Below are positions 52,221 through 61,141 of a stretch of DNA of 64,000 bases, piece after piece. The position numbers were made by a program, and so were the translations under genes. This DNA comes from an uncultured Planctomycetales bacterium (GTDB lineage Bacteria > Planctomycetota > UBA1135), in assembly GCA_964342475.1 (NCBI GenBank), contig CAYFGE010000016.1, positions 2,742 through 66,741 of the forward strand, given 5' to 3'. How positions within the stretch are numbered: position 1 is the stretch's first letter; each line of letters begins with the position of its first letter. The notes under the pieces are model-generated. The model made no database searches, was not told where the DNA came from, and saw nothing but the letters and a program-made list of their open reading frames with translations.

Positions 52221-54403
52221 TGATCGATCTCACCGGACTGCCCCTGCCCGCCGACTGCCCCGAGCCCGGCGCCTGCGTGCGCCTCGAGCGCCCGGAGGAG
52301 GGCCTGGCCGTGGTCGTGCTCGACCCGCCGCACCGCAGCCTGGCGGTGCTCGACGCCCCGCTCCTGCGCGACCTCGACGCGGTGATCGGCCAGCTCGAGG
52401 CCGACGCCGGGCTGAAGGGCGTGGTCATCTCCGGGCGCGAGCCGCTCCAGTTCGCCGCCGGCGCCGACGTCGACGCCATCGGCCAGGTGACCGACCCCGC
52501 CGCCCTCGAGCGCGTGGTCCTCGCCGTCCACGAGCTGTTCCGCCGCATCGACCGCCTGCCCGTGCGCACCGTCGCCGCGGTCGGCGGCCCGGTCCCCGGC
52601 GGCGCCTTCGAGCTCTCGATGAGCTGCGACCTGATCGTCGCCGCCGACCACCCGAAGACCCGCATCGGGCTGCCCGAGACCATGCTCGGCATCATCCCGG
52701 GGTGGGGCGGCTGCCACCGCCTGCCGCGCCGCGTCGGCGTCCCGGCGGCGATGCAGGCCATCCTCGGCGGCAAGCTGATGCCGGCCAAGCCGGCTTGGAA
52801 GAAGGGCTTCGTCGACCGCATCACCAAGCCCGAGTACCTGCTCCGCGTGGCCAGTGACCTGGCCATGGGCCGCGAGAAGGCCCGCCTCCGCCCGCGCGGC
52901 TGGAAGGGCTGGGCGGTCGACCGCAACCCGCTGGCCACCGCCTTCGTCGCCTCGCAGGCCCGCAAGATGGTGATGAAGCGCACGCGCGGCGAGTACCCCG
53001 CCGTGCTGCGCGCGATCGACCTGGTCGCCGGCGGCGCGCGCGCCTCCCTGACGCAGGGCGCGAAACGCGAGGCCGCAGCCATCGCCGAGTTGGCCACCGG
53101 CGAGGTGTGCAAGAGCCTGGTGTCGATCTTCCAGGGCAGCGAGGCGGCCAAGAAGCTCGGCCGCGGCCGCGAGGGCTGGAAGCCGCGCCGCTTCGAGCGC
53201 GGCGCGGTGATCGGCGCCGGCGTGATGGGCGGCGCCATCGCCAGCTCGCTGGCGGAGAAGGGCGTGCAGACCCGCCTCGGCGACCTGGCCGCGCCGGCCC
53301 TCGACACCGCCCTGGTGCAGCACCGCGAGGACGTGGGCAAGAAGGCGAAGCGCCGCCGCCTCTCGCGCAGCGACGCGATGGCTGCGGTCGACCGGCTCGA
53401 CACCACCACCGATCTGGCACGCGGCTTCGGCGGCGCGCAGATCGTCATCGAGGCGGTGGCCGAGCGGCTCGACATCAAGCAGAAGGTGCTCGGCGGGCTG
53501 GCGGCCCAGGTCGCGGACGACTGCCTGCTGGCGACCAACACCAGCTCGCTCTCGGTGACGCGTATCGCCGAGGGCCTGCCCCACCCCGAGCGGGTGGTCG
53601 GCATGCACTTCTTCAATCCGGTGAAGAAGATGCCGCTGGTCGAGGTGATCCGCGGCGAGCAGACCAGCGACGAGGCCGTGACCGAGGTGGCCGCCCTCGC
53701 GCTGCGCCTGGGCAAGACCCCGGTGGTGGTCGCCGACGTGGCCGGCTTCCTGGTCAACCGCCTGCTCGGCCCCTACCTCGACGAGGCCATCCGCCTGTTC
53801 GAGGACGGCGCCGACCCGGAACGCGTGGACCGCGTGATGCTCGACTTCGGCATGCCGATGGGCCCCTTCACCCTGCTCGACGAGGTGGGGCTCGACATCG
53901 CCCACCACGCCGCGCAGTCGCTGCACGAGGCCTACGGCGAGCGGATGGTCCCCGCCAGCGGCGTGCAGGGCCTGATGAGCCCCGAGCGCCTCGGCAAGAA
54001 GACCGGCTTCGGCTTCTACCGCCACCCGGCGGACCGCAAGGCCAAGCCGGTGATCGCCGAGGACCTGAAGCAGCACCAGCGGGCCGGCGCCGCGGCGCGG
54101 ATGAGCGACGAGCAGATCGTCGACCGCCTCGTCCTGTCGATGGTCAACGAGGCCGCACGCTGCCTCGAGGAAGGGGTCGTCGCCGACGCCCAGATGCTCG
54201 ACCTGGCCACGGTCTTCGGCACCGGCTTCGCGCCCTTCCGCGGCGGCCTGCTGCGCTACGCCGACGGCCTCGGGCTCGCCGAGGTGCGCGAGCGCCTGCA
54301 GCGGATCGCCGACGAACTGGCCGACCGCCCCGGCGGCCGGGCCAAGTTCACGCCGGCGGCGCGGATCGAGGAGCTGGCCGCTTCGGGGGGACGGTTCCGC
54401 TGA
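52220..54403 (+). CDS. fadJ: Multifunctional enoyl-CoA hydratase / 3-hydroxyacyl-CoA dehydrogenase (FadJ/FadB type, 727 aa)
   Basis: Starts at Met18 of ORF 52169..54403; its ATG overlaps the thiolase stop by 1 nt (TGATG). Crotonase part GGPVPGGAFELSMSCD. Rossmann motif AVIGAGVMGGAIA. NTSSL...HFFNPV. Confidence 0.9.
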   Translation: MIDLTGLPLPADCPEPGACVRLERPEEGLAVVVLDPPHRSLAVLDAPLLRDLDAVIGQLEADAGLKGVVISGREPLQFAAGADVDAIGQVTDPAALERVVLAVHELFRRIDRLPVRTVAAVGGPVPGGAFELSMSCDLIVAADHPKTRIGLPETMLGIIPGWGGCHRLPRRVGVPAAMQAILGGKLMPAKPAWKKGFVDRITKPEYLLRVASDLAMGREKARLRPRGWKGWAVDRNPLATAFVASQARKMVMKRTRGEYPAVLRAIDLVAGGARASLTQGAKREAAAIAELATGEVCKSLVSIFQGSEAAKKLGRGREGWKPRRFERGAVIGAGVMGGAIASSLAEKGVQTRLGDLAAPALDTALVQHREDVGKKAKRRRLSRSDAMAAVDRLDTTTDLARGFGGAQIVIEAVAERLDIKQKVLGGLAAQVADDCLLATNTSSLSVTRIAEGLPHPERVVGMHFFNPVKKMPLVEVIRGEQTSDEAVTEVAALALRLGKTPVVVADVAGFLVNRLLGPYLDEAIRLFEDGADPERVDRVMLDFGMPMGPFTLLDEVGLDIAHHAAQSLHEAYGERMVPASGVQGLMSPERLGKKTGFGFYRHPADRKAKPVIAEDLKQHQRAGAAARMSDEQIVDRLVLSMVNEAARCLEEGVVADAQMLDLATVFGTGFAPFRGGLLRYADGLGLAEVRERLQRIADELADRPGGRAKFTPAARIEELAASGGRFR

Positions 54404-54439
54404 TCCACCCGCCATCTCCAGCCGCTATCCTGGCCGGCG

Positions 54440-54994
54440 ATGCGACCGAACTGGTTCCTCGCCCTGCGCATCCCGGCCGACGGCTGGTACGAGGAGCGGG
54501 TCGGCGCGCCCCCGGAGGGCTTCCGCCGCTTCCTGGGCGCCGACCTCCACCTGACCCTGGCCTTTCTCGGCGGATGCAGCGAGGCGCAGGCCCGTCAGGC
54601 CTGGAAGCAGAACGGCTGCTGGGAGGAGGGTCCGGTCCACGCCACCTTCGGCGAGGTGGTCCCGATGGGGAACCCGCGCCGGTACTCCGCACTCTCCGCG
54701 CTGCTGCTGCGCGGCCGCGAGGAGGTGGAACGCGCCATGGGGCGCTGCCGCGACCGCTGGCTGGAGGCGGCGGAGGCCCGCCCCGACCGGCGCCCGCCCA
54801 AGGCGCACGTCACCTTCGCCCGGCCGCAGCGCGCCGCCGGGCGGGAGGAGCGGGCGCGCGGCCTCGACTGGGCCGCCGCCCTCGACCTCGGCGGGATCGA
54901 GCTGGTGCTCGACCGCCTCGTCCTCTACACCTGGGCGCACGACCGACGGGACCGCCTGTTCCGCGAGGTCGCCGCCCGTGAACTCGGAGCCTGA
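54440..54994 (+). CDS. 2H phosphoesterase superfamily protein (LigT/ThpR-like RNA 2-prime,3-prime-cyclic phosphodiesterase)
   Basis: Two HxT motifs at the expected spacing: LHLTLAFLGG and AHVTFARP. Confidence 0.7.
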   Translation: MRPNWFLALRIPADGWYEERVGAPPEGFRRFLGADLHLTLAFLGGCSEAQARQAWKQNGCWEEGPVHATFGEVVPMGNPRRYSALSALLLRGREEVERAMGRCRDRWLEAAEARPDRRPPKAHVTFARPQRAAGREERARGLDWAAALDLGGIELVLDRLVLYTWAHDRRDRLFREVAARELGA

Positions 54995-54995
54995 C

Positions 54996-55256
54996 ATGAA
55001 GCTCGACATCCGCGCCGCCGCCCTCGCCGGCGCCGTCCTCTGGTCCTTCGTCCTCGGCGGCGTGGCGCTGATCCACACCGCCGTCCCCGACTACGGCGCC
55101 GGCTTCCTCGCCGCCGCCTGCAGCCTCTACCCCGGTTTCGAGGGCGACGGCACGCTCCTCGACGCGGTCCTCGGCATCGGCTGGGGCCTGTTCGACGGCG
55201 CCGTCTGCGGCGCCCTCGGCGCCTGGGTCTACAACCGGGTGGCGCGCCCGCATTGA
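54996..55256 (+). CDS. Small hypothetical membrane protein (86 aa, 2-3 TM)
   Basis: Starts at Met7 of ORF 54978..55256, 1 nt after the preceding stop. Hydrophobic Gly/Ala-rich segments. The next gene's start overlaps its stop. Confidence 0.5.
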   Translation: MKLDIRAAALAGAVLWSFVLGGVALIHTAVPDYGAGFLAAACSLYPGFEGDGTLLDAVLGIGWGLFDGAVCGALGAWVYNRVARPH

Positions 55257-56461
55257 GCCTCGGCCCCGCCGTCGACGTCGCCGTGGTCGGCGGCGGCATC
55301 GTCGGGCTGGCGACGGCCCGGCAGCTGCAGCAGGCCGCGCCGGGCCGGACCGTGGCGGTCCTCGAGAAGGAGGACGCCGTCGCGCGCCACCAGAGCGGGC
55401 GCAACTCGAACGTGCTGCACTCGGGCGTCTACTACGCGCCCGGCAGCCGCAAGGCGCGCGACTGCCGCGCGGGCAAGGCCGAGATGGAGGCCTTCCTCGC
55501 TGCCGAGGGCCTGCCGCACCTGCGCTGCGGCAAGCTGATCGTCGCCACGAGCGAGGAGGAGCTGCCGCGGCTGGCCGAGCTCGAGCGGCGCGCGCGGGCC
55601 AACGGCGCGACGGTCGAGCCGGTCGGCGCCGAGGAGCTCCGCGAGCGCGAGCCGGGCGTGGCCGGCCTGGCCGCGCTGTCCGTGCCCGAGTCCGGCGTGA
55701 CCGACTTCGGCGCAGTCTGCCGCCGCCTCGCCGAGCGGATCACCGAGGCCGGGGGCCGCGTCCACCTCGGCGCGGCCCTGCGCGGGGTGCGCGAGGACGC
55801 CGCCGGCATCACGCTGCGCACCACCGCCGGCGAGCTGCGCTGCCGCGTCGCGGTGAACTGCGCCGGGCTCCACTCCGACCGCGTCGCCGCGCTGGCCGGC
55901 GAGGCCCCGGCCGCGCGCATCGTGCCCTTCCGCGGCGAGTACTTCGAGCTGCGGCCGGAGGCGCGCGACCGCGTCCGCGGCCTGGTGTACCCGGTGCCGG
56001 ACCCGGCCTTCCCCTTCCTCGGCGTGCACCTCACGCCGACGGTCGGAGGCGGCGTGCACTGCGGTCCGAACGCCGTGCCGGCCTTCGCCCGCGAGGGCTA
56101 CCGCTGGACCACGGTTCGCCCCGCCGACCTGCTCGGCAGCCTGACCTGGCCCGGCAGCTGGCGCCTCGCCGCGCGCTACGGCCGCACGGCGCTGGCCGAG
56201 CTCCGCCGCTCCCTGTCGCGCCGCGCCTTCGCCCGCGCGCTGGCGCGGCTGGCGCCGGGTCTCGAGGCCGCGGACCTCGTCCCCGCTCCGGCCGGAGTGC
56301 GCGCGCAGGCCGTCCTCCGCGACGGCCGCCTGGTGGACGACTTCCTGGTCCAGGGCGCGGGCCGCTTCGTCCACGTGCTGAACGCGCCCTCCCCCGCCGC
56401 GACCGCCGCGCTGGCCATCGGCCGCGCGGTCGCCGCCGCGGCGGAAAAGAGAATGGGCTGA
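55253..56461 (+). CDS. lhgO: L-2-hydroxyglutarate oxidase (FAD-dependent, LhgO type)
   Basis: DVAVVGGGIVGLATA, QSGRNSNVLHSGVYYAPGS, IVPFRGEYFEL, FLGVHLTPTVGG, VHVLNAPSPAATAALAIG. TTG start. Confidence 0.85.
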   Translation: MSLGPAVDVAVVGGGIVGLATARQLQQAAPGRTVAVLEKEDAVARHQSGRNSNVLHSGVYYAPGSRKARDCRAGKAEMEAFLAAEGLPHLRCGKLIVATSEEELPRLAELERRARANGATVEPVGAEELREREPGVAGLAALSVPESGVTDFGAVCRRLAERITEAGGRVHLGAALRGVREDAAGITLRTTAGELRCRVAVNCAGLHSDRVAALAGEAPAARIVPFRGEYFELRPEARDRVRGLVYPVPDPAFPFLGVHLTPTVGGGVHCGPNAVPAFAREGYRWTTVRPADLLGSLTWPGSWRLAARYGRTALAELRRSLSRRAFARALARLAPGLEAADLVPAPAGVRAQAVLRDGRLVDDFLVQGAGRFVHVLNAPSPAATAALAIGRAVAAAAEKRMG

Positions 56462-56503
56462 CCTCCTCACGGAGGCCAGCCCGAGTTCCGAGAGGCCGTC
56501 GGC

Positions 56504-58048
56504 CTACAGGAACAGGTGGGTGATCACGTTGCTGATCTGGCAGCCGGTGGTGTCGGCGGCCTGCACGTTGAAGGTCTTGCCCGAGGCGTTGGCCGGCACG
56601 AACTTGGTGAAGGTCGCGTTGCCGCTGGCGTCGGCCGAGACCGAGCCGCCGTTGCGCGGGTTGGCCAGGCCGAGGAACAGGCCGCTGCAGCCCGGGACCG
56701 AGCTGCTGCCGGCGTTGCGGCTGAAGTAGATCGTCACCGAGCCGTTGGCCGTCGCACCGGAGATGTCGATGCGGTTGGTCTGGCCGGCGCTGCCGGGGAT
56801 CGGGCCGGCGATCGTCAGCGAGCCGCCGCCGCCGCCACAGCCGTTGGTCAGGCAGTTCCGGCTGTTCTTGTAGCTGGTGATGGCGTTGATGCTGGCGTTG
56901 CCGAAGCTGCTGACGTTGCCGGAGCAGCCGCCGTTGCAGGGGCACATGATGCGGCAGGTCGAGCAGCCCGAGCAGCTCGAGCAGCAGTGACCGGCGTTCC
57001 AGTTGTGGCCCAGCTCGTGGGCGGTCAGGGAGACGCGGCGCGACCAGTTGGTGGTGTAGCGCGACTCGACGACCGAGTAGCCGTAGCTGTTGCAGATGCC
57101 GCCCAGCCAGGCGATGCCGATGGTGCCGCCGTTGATGCTGCGGCCGGTGAACAGCTCGGCCACGTCACGCTGGATGCTGCCCTGGTTCGACAGCCACTCG
57201 CTGCGGAACTGGTTGAGCAGGGTGCCGGCGTCGTTGCTGGTGTAGGGGTTCGACGCGCTGCTGGTGCGGATGACGACGGTGGTCAGGTCGTAGCAGATGC
57301 CGACGTCCTGCTGGTAGATGGCCTCGGTGTCGTTGAGGACCGCCTCGATGTCGTTGACCGTGTTGGTCGAGTTGCTGCCGTTCTTCTGGTAGAACTGGAA
57401 GTCGGCGTCCGCAGCGATCTCGCAGGTCTCGTCGGCGCGCGCGCCGCGGCCGCCGCCGAGGGCGCCCGGGTCGCTGTGGTCGTGGCCCTGGTGGCTGCCG
57501 CTGTTGCTGCTGCCCTGGCTGGGCGGCGCGACCGCGACCGGCGGGAGGAGGGGTTCGGCCAGGCGGTAGCCGCTGTCCGGCACGACGTCCGCGGCGTCGT
57601 AGACCACGTGCAGGTCCTTCGCGGCGGTGGTGTCGAAGTCGGTCAGGGGCTCGATCATGCGGACCGAGCTGCCGTCGTGGAGCTGGATGCGGGCGCGGAG
57701 CTGGCCGTCGATGATCGAGGCGGAGACCACGCTGCCGGGGATGCCGGCCACGAAGCCGCGGTAGGTCACCGGGGTGCCGACCTCGACCTCGCGCATCTGG
57801 CCGTCGGCGCCCTGCTCGAGGACGCGGAAGCCGGCCGCGCGGACGGAGTACGGGTCGAGCACCAGCTCGGCGTCGAACCAGTCGTCCAGGACCACGCGGG
57901 TCTGGAAGGACTGGCCGGCCGCGGCGGGCACTTCGAGGGATTGGACGGACCAGGCGTAGAACTCCTTCTCGAGGTTGTTCGCGCCGGGTTCACCGCCAGC
58001 CGGGACGAGCGCGGCGGACAGCAGCAGGGTCGGGAGGGTCAGGAGCAT
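56504..58048 (-). CDS. Secreted reprolysin/ADAM-like (M12B) metzincin with a Cys-rich segment and an unassigned C-terminal module (514 aa)
   Basis: Starts at Met50 of ORF 56504..58195 (MLLTLPTLLLSAALVPA, a signal peptide). HELGHNWNAGH (about nt 56987..57019) is followed by CCSSCSGCSTCRIMCPCNGGCSG, with a CxIM Met-turn as in reprolysins. The last ~105 aa (56507..56821) form a separate module. Confidence 0.85.
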   Translation of the reverse strand: MLLTLPTLLLSAALVPAGGEPGANNLEKEFYAWSVQSLEVPAAAGQSFQTRVVLDDWFDAELVLDPYSVRAAGFRVLEQGADGQMREVEVGTPVTYRGFVAGIPGSVVSASIIDGQLRARIQLHDGSSVRMIEPLTDFDTTAAKDLHVVYDAADVVPDSGYRLAEPLLPPVAVAPPSQGSSNSGSHQGHDHSDPGALGGGRGARADETCEIAADADFQFYQKNGSNSTNTVNDIEAVLNDTEAIYQQDVGICYDLTTVVIRTSSASNPYTSNDAGTLLNQFRSEWLSNQGSIQRDVAELFTGRSINGGTIGIAWLGGICNSYGYSVVESRYTTNWSRRVSLTAHELGHNWNAGHCCSSCSGCSTCRIMCPCNGGCSGNVSSFGNASINAITSYKNSRNCLTNGCGGGGGSLTIAGPIPGSAGQTNRIDISGATANGSVTIYFSRNAGSSSVPGCSGLFLGLANPRNGGSVSADASGNATFTKFVPANASGKTFNVQAADTTGCQISNVITHLFL

Positions 58049-58230
58049 GAGGAGGTTTCCGGGATGGGGGATTCGCGCGCGGCCGGAAGGGCGGGGAGCC
58101 GGGGAGCCGACGGCGGGTTCCTGGCAACACGTCCGCCAGGGCGGCGGACGGAGCCGGAAATTGGGACGGGAGCCCGGGGACTCCGGTTCCTCCATTTGAG
58201 GACCGGATCCGGGCTTTCCAAGCCTACCCG

Positions 58231-58270
58231 AAAAGGAAGGCCCCGTTCCGGAGATTCCGGAGCGGGGCCT
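58231..58270 (-). terminator. Rho-independent terminator after the FG-GAP gene
   Basis: In minus-strand sense: AGGCCCCG-c-TCCGGA-atc-TCCGGA-a-CGGGGCCT followed by TCCTTTTC. It starts 18 nt after the stop at 58289. Confidence 0.7.
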
Positions 58271-58288
58271 GTTCGGATTCTGGACAGT

Positions 58289-59953
58289 TCAGGGCAGAAT
58301 CGTCAGCGGGCGCGGCACGGACACGAGGCGGGCGCCGTTCGTGTCGTAGCTCACCACGCAGCCGCGGAAGGTCTCGCCGACGCGCGGGGTCAGCCACAGG
58401 GCGTCGCCGATGTAGATCGTCGAGCCGGCGCCGTTGGCGTCGAGCACGCCGTGCGGGGCGGTGAAGATGCGCGGCCAGTCGGCGTTCACCGTGCGGTCGA
58501 ACATCGGGTCCTGCGTCAGCGGGATGTCGATGCCCGAGTAGTTGGTCGGGCCGATGCCGCTGTAGCTGAGCAGGATGGCGTAGTTCATGCCCGCCTCGGT
58601 GTCCGGGAAGTCGAACTGGCAGTCGACCTGGCCACCCGCGGCCGCACCCATCTCGATCACGTCGGTGAAGAAGATCGGGTCGAAGGTGTACAGGTAGGCG
58701 CTGCCCGCGCCGGCCTTGCCGCCGGCGCTGTCGGCCTTGTGCGCGCCGATGACGAACTCGGCGCAGCCGTCGCCGTCGAGGTCGCCGAGACCGGAGCCCG
58801 AGCGACCGAAGGCGTCGCCGGCCACGCCGGTGGCGAACTCGCGCACCAGCGCACCGGTGCTCGAGTTGTACAGGCGGGCGAAGCCGGTGTCGGCCGAGGT
58901 GGCGCCGGGAGCGCCGACCAACAGCTCGTCCACACCGTCGCCGTCCACGTCGCCGGCGTTGGCCAGGCCGAAGCCCATCGTCGTGCCGGCGGCGCCGTCG
59001 AACTGGTGCAGCAGCGCGCCGCTGAAGACGGAGAACACGTAGGCCGCGCCGACGCCGTTGGCGTTCGGGGCGCCGACGAGCAGGTCGGCGAAGCCGTCGC
59101 CGTCCACGTCGCCGATGCCGGCCACGTCACCGCCCAGCTGCTCGGCGCCGTTGCCGACGACCTGCAGGAGCTGCGCGCCCGTGGCGCCGCTGTAGACGCT
59201 GGCGAAGCCCGCGCCGCCGTTGGCCTCGGCCGAACCGACGAGGATGTCGGGGTAGCCGTCGCCGTCGACGTCGCCGGCGAAGTCGACCGCCGCGCCGAAG
59301 TACTCGTAGGAGCCGGCGCCGTCGATGCGCAGCAGCTCGGCGCCGGTGGCGCCCGAGTAGCAGAACACCGAACCGACCGCGACGCCGTTCACCACGGCGT
59401 TGCGCGCGCCGACCAGGTAGTCGTTCACGCCGTCGAGGTCGACGTCCATGCCGCCGGCCACGTCACCGCCGAAGCGCTCGGCCGAGACCGTGCCGAAGTG
59501 GAGGCGCAGCGGAGCGCCGGCCGCGGAGGACCACACGTAGGCGCGGCCGGCCAGCGTGACGCCGGTGTTCTTGTTGCTGCCGAGCCAGCCGCCCGCGACG
59601 AAGTCGTCCTTGCCGTCGCCGTCGACGTCGCCGATCCAGTCGGCGGAGATGCCGAGGCGGTCCCAGCGCGAGCCGTAGGCGGAGGCGAGCACGGAGCCGT
59701 CGGCGCCGGAGAGGACGTCGATGCGGCCGTTCTGTTCGGAGCCGGGGAGGACGGCCTTGTGGCTACCGACGAGCCAGTCGCCGATGCCGTCGCCGTCGTA
59801 GTCGCCGCCGCCGGCGACCGAGAAGCCGAAGTGCTGATCGGCGGCCGAACCTTCGAAGAGGCCGGCATCCCCCCACACCCCGCCCACGAGCTGGGCGGAG
59901 GCCGGGGTGGCGAGCGCCGCGGCGCTCACGAGGAGGAGGGAGAGGCGGAACAT
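58289..59953 (-). CDS. Secreted FG-GAP repeat (integrin-alpha-like beta-propeller) protein with an unassigned C-terminal module
   Basis: Signal peptide MFRLSLLLVSAAALATPASA. Seven repeats of the FG...GDVDGDG(x)DLLVGAP type (GDYDGDGIGDWLVGS, GDVDGDGKDDFVAG, GDVDGDGYPDILVGS, GDVDGDGFADLLVGAP, GDVDGDGVDELLVGAP, GDLDGDGCAEFVIGA). The last ~114 aa are at 58292..58633. Confidence 0.9.
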   Translation of the reverse strand: MFRLSLLLVSAAALATPASAQLVGGVWGDAGLFEGSAADQHFGFSVAGGGDYDGDGIGDWLVGSHKAVLPGSEQNGRIDVLSGADGSVLASAYGSRWDRLGISADWIGDVDGDGKDDFVAGGWLGSNKNTGVTLAGRAYVWSSAAGAPLRLHFGTVSAERFGGDVAGGMDVDLDGVNDYLVGARNAVVNGVAVGSVFCYSGATGAELLRIDGAGSYEYFGAAVDFAGDVDGDGYPDILVGSAEANGGAGFASVYSGATGAQLLQVVGNGAEQLGGDVAGIGDVDGDGFADLLVGAPNANGVGAAYVFSVFSGALLHQFDGAAGTTMGFGLANAGDVDGDGVDELLVGAPGATSADTGFARLYNSSTGALVREFATGVAGDAFGRSGSGLGDLDGDGCAEFVIGAHKADSAGGKAGAGSAYLYTFDPIFFTDVIEMGAAAGGQVDCQFDFPDTEAGMNYAILLSYSGIGPTNYSGIDIPLTQDPMFDRTVNADWPRIFTAPHGVLDANGAGSTIYIGDALWLTPRVGETFRGCVVSYDTNGARLVSVPRPLTILP

Positions 59954-60025
59954 GTTCGGGAAACGGAGTGACGTGTCCGGACCGAAGGGGGCCGGAACTC
60001 CAGGGGTTGCCGTATTCTACCCGAG

Positions 60026-60844
60026 GTGCGGAAATCCCCGGTCGGGGAAATCCGAAATCCTCGGCGAGATCTGGCTCGTTTTTTGACGCATCCAGGTCTT
60101 CGCAAGTTCCTGAAACTCCCGATCGTGCGCGGCTGGCTCGTCCTCCCCCTCGCCCTGGTCCACGCCTTCGGCTACGCCGGCGCGGCCCTGCTCTGGGCGA
60201 CCCTCCTCCCCGGCTCCTTCCGGCGGCGGGCGGACCGGATCATCCGCGGCTGGGGCCGCTCGATGGGCTGGATCCTGGGGGTCCGGGTCGTCCAGGAGGG
60301 CCGCGAGCACCTCCCCGCCGGGGGCGGCCGGATCCTCATGTTCAACCACGTGAGCGTCCTCGACCTGGTCGTCTACTCCTCGATCTGGCCCGACGGCGGG
60401 ACGGTGGTCTACAAGCAGGAGTTCCACCGGATCCCCATTCTGGGAAAGGTGATGCGCGCGGCGGGCTTCATCCCGATCGACCGCTCCGACCGCGAGGCCG
60501 GGCGGGCCAGCCTGGAGGAGGCGGGGCGCCGGATCCGCGAGGAGGGCGCGATCGTGGTCATCGCCCCCGAAGGCACCCGCTCGCGCCACGGACGGCTGCT
60601 GCCCTTCAAGAAGGGCCCCTTCCACCTGGCGCTGGACACGCGCGCCCCGGTGGTCGCCGCCGTGATGACCGGGTCCACCGACCGCCTGCGGCCGGGGTCC
60701 TGGGTGGTGCGGCCCGGGGAGGTCCGCGTCCGCTACCACGCCCCCCTCCCCACCCTCGGGTGGGAGGCGGAGACCCTCGAGCAGCACCTCGCCGAGGTCC
60801 GCGCCCTTTTCCTCGAGGACCTCGAGGACGCCGGCGGGGCCTGA
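60026..60844 (+). CDS. plsC: 1-acyl-sn-glycerol-3-phosphate acyltransferase (PlsC family)
   Basis: HX4D box FNHVSVLD, FIPIDRS, APEGTRS, PFKKGPFHLA. There is no in-frame ATG upstream of the motifs. The true start may be a downstream TTG (60083) or GTG (60125). Confidence 0.85.
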   Translation: MRKSPVGEIRNPRRDLARFLTHPGLRKFLKLPIVRGWLVLPLALVHAFGYAGAALLWATLLPGSFRRRADRIIRGWGRSMGWILGVRVVQEGREHLPAGGGRILMFNHVSVLDLVVYSSIWPDGGTVVYKQEFHRIPILGKVMRAAGFIPIDRSDREAGRASLEEAGRRIREEGAIVVIAPEGTRSRHGRLLPFKKGPFHLALDTRAPVVAAVMTGSTDRLRPGSWVVRPGEVRVRYHAPLPTLGWEAETLEQHLAEVRALFLEDLEDAGGA

Positions 60845-60862
60845 GCGCTATCCTGCCGCCCC

Positions 60863-61141
60863 ATGCCCCGCCCCGAGCACATCGTCTTCGTCTGCCAGAA
60901 CCAGCGCCCGCCGGAGGCCAAGCCCTCCTGCGCCAACGCCGGCTCCGGCGAGGTGCTGGCGGCCCTCCGCGCGGCGCTCCAGGAGCGCCCGGAAATGCTG
61001 GGCCGGGTGCGGGTGGCCGCCAGCAGCTGCCTCGGCCCCTGCTTCGAGGGCCCGCACGTCGTCGCCTACCCCGAGGACCGCTGGTGGTCGCAGGTGCGCC
61101 CCGACCAGGCCGGGGAGATCCTCGACGCGATCGAGGTCTAG
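60863..61141 (+). CDS. Thioredoxin-like [2Fe-2S] ferredoxin (92 aa)
   Basis: HIVFVCQNQRP...PSCANAG...SSCLGPCFEGPHVVAYP has four Cys at the spacing of the (2Fe-2S) ferredoxin/NuoE-like family. Confidence 0.75.
   Translation: MPRPEHIVFVCQNQRPPEAKPSCANAGSGEVLAALRAALQERPEMLGRVRVAASSCLGPCFEGPHVVAYPEDRWWSQVRPDQAGEILDAIEV

Noticed and set aside
56504-59953. Treating the FG-GAP gene and the reprolysin-like gene as one operon.
   Set aside because: A strong stem-loop plus T-tract terminator (58231..58270) and 240 nt separate them. They are reported only as neighbours.
56516-59971. A 1151-aa plus-strand ORF antisense to the metalloprotease and FG-GAP genes.
   Set aside because: It is a Gly/Ala/Val/Asp/Arg-rich mirror translation of the repeat-rich minus-strand genes, with no start context or motifs. 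It reads straight through the terminator hairpin at 58231..58270.
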